Shown: positions 34,601 to 40,600 of the stretch, in pieces
Layout: each line of letters opens with the position of its first letter
Numbering within the stretch: position 1 is the stretch's first letter
Virus record (IMG/VR): IMGVR_UViG_3300020445_000983
Location: 1-64,000 of that record
Length of the DNA: 64,000 nt
Source of the DNA: a virus
Strand: one strand, 5' to 3'
Notes under the pieces: generated by a model
Told to the model about the DNA's origin: nothing
The model's database searches: none
What the model saw: only the letters and a program-made list of their open reading frames with translations
Program-made: the position numbers and the translations under genes

Positions 34601-37600
34601 AGGATGTTTTGCGTAAATATTGACACTAGCAATCACACCTTGACTGAATACAGGGTCTTGAATCGCTGTAGATCTCAATCTATAGGTAAATTGCCTTGAA
34701 TTGAACAGTTCTTCAACAAAGAATGAACCATTATACTCATTTGTGGAGAATCCTTCGACAAATATGATCTCATTTGTTTCAAAATTGTTCTTAGTAGTAG
34801 CATTAGCAAATACTAAGTCGGTATATGTTAGTGCACCTGTAGGAATAATGTCCTTATCAAGGTTAGCAGTCAGTTTAAACTCTTTAACACCAACTAAATT
34901 ACCAAATGTTGCTATATTTCCTGTCGCATCAACACTAAATGTTAGACCAACAGCATCAGCATCGATGATATCACCCTTGATATAGGAAGAATCTTCATAA
35001 ATCTCCTCAATCTTGATGATATAGTCAGATCCAGAGAAGGTTTTCCACCTAGCAAACTGATCTAATGTACCACCACTATAGGAAGTATTGACTAAATCAA
35101 CATCAAATGATCCAGCAACTCTGGTATATACCCAGTTTACGGTACCATCAGAGACAGTTCCTACATTATGTACAGGAGCAGTAGCACCAGAAGTACCAGC
35201 ACTAGATGCTGTATAGATCTTTCCAGCGTTATATACTTCATCACTGACAGCATATACAGTATTTGTAGTCCACTGAGGAATAGTGGTTGTTACTGTAAAG
35301 TCATATGCAATGACATTGATGTCATTTCCAGTAGATTTAATTAGTTTTGCAGTATCAAATGTACCAACAATATTACCAATCTTACAATTATTAGTTCCAG
35401 CTTCAACAATGGTACCGTATGCACTAATAACATCAGCTCCACCAATTACAGAATATTGTTGTAATCTATCACCTTTAGTGAAGGTAGCATTCTGATTGAA
35501 TGTAATAGTCTTAACAGCGTCAATAGTAGTATACTTGGCATCTCTTAGGTAGAACTTAGGAATAACTGTTGTTGACATCAACAGTTTCTTACCATTTGGA
35601 GTAGGAATGGTTGCTGTTCTAGTAGCATAAGGTTCATCAGTAGAAGTGAACGTATATGAACCTTCAACGTTGTTTGAGATAACATCAGCATAATCAAGGA
35701 TCTGAATACCAGCAGGACCCAATACCCAATCATTTGATGTGGTAGCAAGGGTATTAAAGGTGAAATCGTTGATGGCAGCGGCGTTTGTTACCTGAATACC
35801 TGTCTCTACGTCATTGAGAGTAAAGGTTCCAAGTTTTGTCTGATCCTTATCAATCTTGTAAGTAAATGCGTGAGTAATCTTTGTGCTACCAACTGCCTGA
35901 GCAGGAGTGAAGTTAGCATCATATTTGGTGACAGTAGATATTGAAAGGTTATCTAACCATCCACCAACAGATGTTGTTGTAGCAGGAGTCTCTAAACCAA
36001 GAACAATTGCTTTCTTAATAGCAGTGTTAACTGTTGTACTGGTATGAGAAATCTCTTCGTTACCGTTAATATACACTTTATAAGTGTAATTACCAACACC
36101 AATGTTCTGCTTAACGTATGCTACGTGTACAAATGCTTCTGCAGCAAATCTAGTCCAGTTAGTAGTTGTAGTGGAGAAATATGTACCTGATCCAACATCT
36201 ATACTTAACTTTCCAAAGTTAGGACTTGTAGAATCACCATCTACAGACAATACAGTTGCATCACCAGTATTAGGTGTAATTTTGAATAGAGTTGGTTTGG
36301 AAGACTGTGCATTGTACTGTGACTGTCCAATAGCAATATATCCTTCAATTGTCCAATCTGTACCTTGATCAGCAGCCCAATCAATCTCTAAAGCGTTGGC
36401 AGCAGCAGTTGTTGTAACTGAACTGTTACCAAACTTGGGTTTTGCATTATCAATTGCTTCACCTGTACCTTTCCAAGCAATAGTTGAAATATCGTTATAT
36501 GTGTCATCACCACTAACATCTGTATCAAAGTTTAGGATTGCAATCTCATTTGCTTCTACTTTGTTACCAACAACTATAGTATCAGCAGAACTATCATTAG
36601 TAATAGCAATAGGATGGAATCCAATACCAGAAGTCTCCTTAACAGAAGCTGCTGTTATAACATTATCGGTATTCCAAGAAACCTTCCAAGAAATAATACG
36701 GTTATCATTGAATGCATATCTAACATAAGCACCAACATCAATGTTACCAAAGATGTCAAATTTAACTCCAGTAGATTGAATTTCTTCAAATGCTGTATTT
36801 GGAGCAAATAATTTCTGTGCAGCAGGTGTTTGTAAGTTAGATGAAAGGAATTTCCAATATGCAACACCAGCAGTCTTACCAGTAGCTACAGTAGTAGCAG
36901 TAGCTGTAATGTATACAGTACCATAATCATCTACAGTTAATTTTGGATTAGAGTACCTATAGGCAGTATTGGAGAATTTACGAGTCCAATTAACCTCAAT
37001 AGTGGCACTATCATAGTATGTTTCACCAAATATGATATTACCAGAACCAGTAGGATCCTCAATACCAACAAACAATACCTTATTATTACCAATAAATTTA
37101 ATATCATTTAACTGCTCATCACCAGCAGCAGAAGCAATCTTACGTTTTTCTTCTAAAGCACCATCAGTATTCAACAAACCAATCCACATATCACTTGGAT
37201 TTGGAGAGTTTGTATCAGTAGTACCAGCAATATATAAGTATCCGTTAGAATCTAAATCAACTGAAGAAATATAGTCTCTACGAGTAGATCCAGATATACC
37301 AGCAAGTTCTCTCTGCCACTTAATTACAGCAGTTGGATTGTTGTTTGCATCAAATCCTGACTCAAACTTAGCAACAACAAGATCTGGGTTGTAAGCAAGG
37401 TTTGCTGTATGAGGAATAGTTTCACCAACAACGTATATTGTATGAGGATTAGTATTAGCAACGTGAATACTATTAAATACACACCTCTTATCACCTGCAG
37501 CAGGTTGAATAGGTAACATTGTACGTGTCCACAGCAATCTACCATCACTGTTAAACTTAGCAATCATACCTGCTGAATCACCAGTAGAATCATCTGCTTC

Positions 37601-40600
37601 ACCTACAACGTAGAAAGTACGATCATCAGCAATGGCGACATCTTTAATTTTTGTTACAGTGGTATTCTCTTTCAAGAATGACAGTGCATATGCAGCTTTC
37701 TTATACCTTTGTGGGTGACTGACGCGAATCTCTGGTGGAGAATCCTTATCATATGCAGAACCTGAGTTTATAATGTTAACCTTATTAACCGCACCAGACT
37801 CTTCTCTTACAATATTAAGTTTGAAATCTTGACCTTGACCACTAATAATCTCGTATGTAGGTGGAATATCCTCTGAATATCCTAATCCTTGCTGTAAAAC
37901 ATCAATTCTTTCAACACCAGCAACAACCTTTACCTTAAATGTCTTATTAGTTGAATCGATTTGAGGTATACTTTCAACAATAACCTCATCACCAGCTCTA
38001 AGATCGTGTTCTTCAGTAGTTGTTATTGTACCGAAAGATACGTCATTTTCTAATGTGGAACTGTAAGATAGGACATCTTGTCCCTTAACTGACTCAACTT
38101 TAGCAGAAGCACCATATCCACCAGTGTCTGTATTGTCAAAATATAGTTTATCAGTAACTTTATAAGAGGTACCTGGGTTCTCAACAACAAATCCACTAAC
38201 TTTAGCGTCTTCAAACTTGGTAGTAGTCTCAACTTCAATATCAACCTGTGATCTAGTAGAAACTTTAGGGTAGTAATCAAATAATTGCAGTACAGGTTCT
38301 TCCGAGATGTATGTTAAAGCAACCGCCTCTTCTGCATCTAAGATACCATCTTTGTTTAAATCTTCAAGTTCAAATACAAATTCTTCACCGAACTCAGTTA
38401 CAAGAGTATCAGTTGCCTTATTTGGTTGACGCTCAATATCAATGTCAACATCCTCATAAGGATCACGGAATCTAACAACACCTGAAGGAATATTAGTCTG
38501 TATAGCATCTTGACTATAGTTCCACTTATCAGGTACTGAGTATAGTTGAGGACCACAAACATAAGGGAATACAGGTAAACCTGCTTCAGATGCATCAATA
38601 GAAACGAAATAAGCATACACACCTTCTGGGTATTCAGGTGTCTTACAATATCTACCGTTATATTGGTCTAAATCACCATTTTGGAAGACATATTCATAGT
38701 CTTCAATGAATGTACCAGCAGCATACTCACTTAACAAAGGACCATCAGCACGAATTGGAGTTGGGTTCGTTGCTTCGTCATATATCAATGCTAATTTAAT
38801 TCTATAAGAAGATACAATCCTTTTAATACCAGAAGACTGATCATCTGCTTTAATGTACCCATAAGGACCGTAAATTGGGTTTCCATCAAATGACCAACCT
38901 ATAATTGGTGAGTGTGATAATCCAGCATCCAATTCTCTAAGATTGCCTGTAGCAGGATCTCTATAGACATTATCACCAAGAACAAATCTTAATTGTTTAG
39001 GATCGGATACGTGTGCGTATTCACCACCATACTGAGTGTTATATCCAGCAAATACGTATCCTCTAGCAGGGTCTAAGTTACCATATTGCTCTGTTTCTAA
39101 GTTCTTAGTCCACTCAAATACATTTGCAGTAAATGTGGCAAGTTCACCAACTGCTTCTAATCTAATAGTTGTTGTACCAGTATTATATCCAACACCACGG
39201 TTTTCAACGGAAACAGTAAGTACCTTACCTTTATCTTCTCCACTAGTACCAATAGTTGCTTTACCAACAGCACCATATCCTTCACCATTAATAATAACTT
39301 TTGGAGGTGAAGTATATCCATCACCAGAAGCAATAACAGCGATTGAAACAATACGACCGTTAATAACGATTGGTTGTGCAACAGCACCTTCACCAGAGTT
39401 CAGTTTGATTGTTGGTGAAGAAGTATATGATTGTCCTGCATTAGTGACTGCAATGCTCTTAATAGGACCACGTACAGCAGCACTTGCAGTTGCACCTGCT
39501 CCATCACCACCAGATATAGAAACTAGTGGTTCTGAAGTATACTCTTGACCAGGATCTCCGACAAGAATCTTAGTTACTACACCATTAGTAATAACAGCAG
39601 TAGCAGTAGCACCAAATCCACCACCACCTACAATACTAACAAGAGGACTAGAAGTGTACCCAGTACCACCTGAGGTGACATCAATTTCATATAGTGAACC
39701 ATTTACTACAACAGAAGCAGCAGCACCAGCTCCACCACCACCTGTAATTTCGATAGCAGGAGTCGCTGCAGCGTCATATCCTTTACCAACATTGGTAATA
39801 TCGATACCTGTAACACCACCATACTTAATCTTGCTCTCAGACTTATAAGACCAAGCAGCAACACCATTAACCCAGGTACCTATAGGTCCAAATTCAGTTA
39901 AGGGACGTTCTGATACAGTTTCTACTATTCTTGGAATTCTACTTAATTTTCTTTGGTTACCTGGAATTAGGGCAGATCCTATGAAAGGTCCAACCTTATA
40001 GTTTGGTATACCAGTCGTTGCAACATAAGAATAGTTGTCATTGAAGAAAACATTCTGTATATTGGTAGTAAAGTCTTTTATAGTACCACTAATACTCTCA
40101 ACATCAGACTTACCTCTGTTCAAGTCAACTGACATCAAGATATTACCCTGTGGAGGGTTCGGTGAAGGAGCCTCTATCTGATAGGAGAACGTAGTAGCAT
40201 TAATACGTGATGTTACTTCAAACGTACCATTGAAGATCGTTGGGTTAGCACCATAGATGGTTACAGCATCTCCAACTAACAAACCGTGATTATTAACGCT
40301 ATAAACGGTTGCAGTCTGATTATTCAGACCACCTGGCTCAATATTAGTAACTGAGATCAGTTTCTTGACGTTATAAAGCCAAGATGTTATCTTTTTATCA
40401 GTAGTAGAAGAACCAAGCGATGCAACGTTTAGTTTATCACCAGCCAAGTAATAAGAACCAGTGTCAGACAGAACGGTTCCAGTTGCTTCAGCAATACCCA
40501 AAATACGAAGTTTTACTTCAGTATCAAGCCCTCGATCAACATAACAGAAAATATCTGAGTAAATCGTCGTACCACTATCCCAATCCTCAACAATACCGTT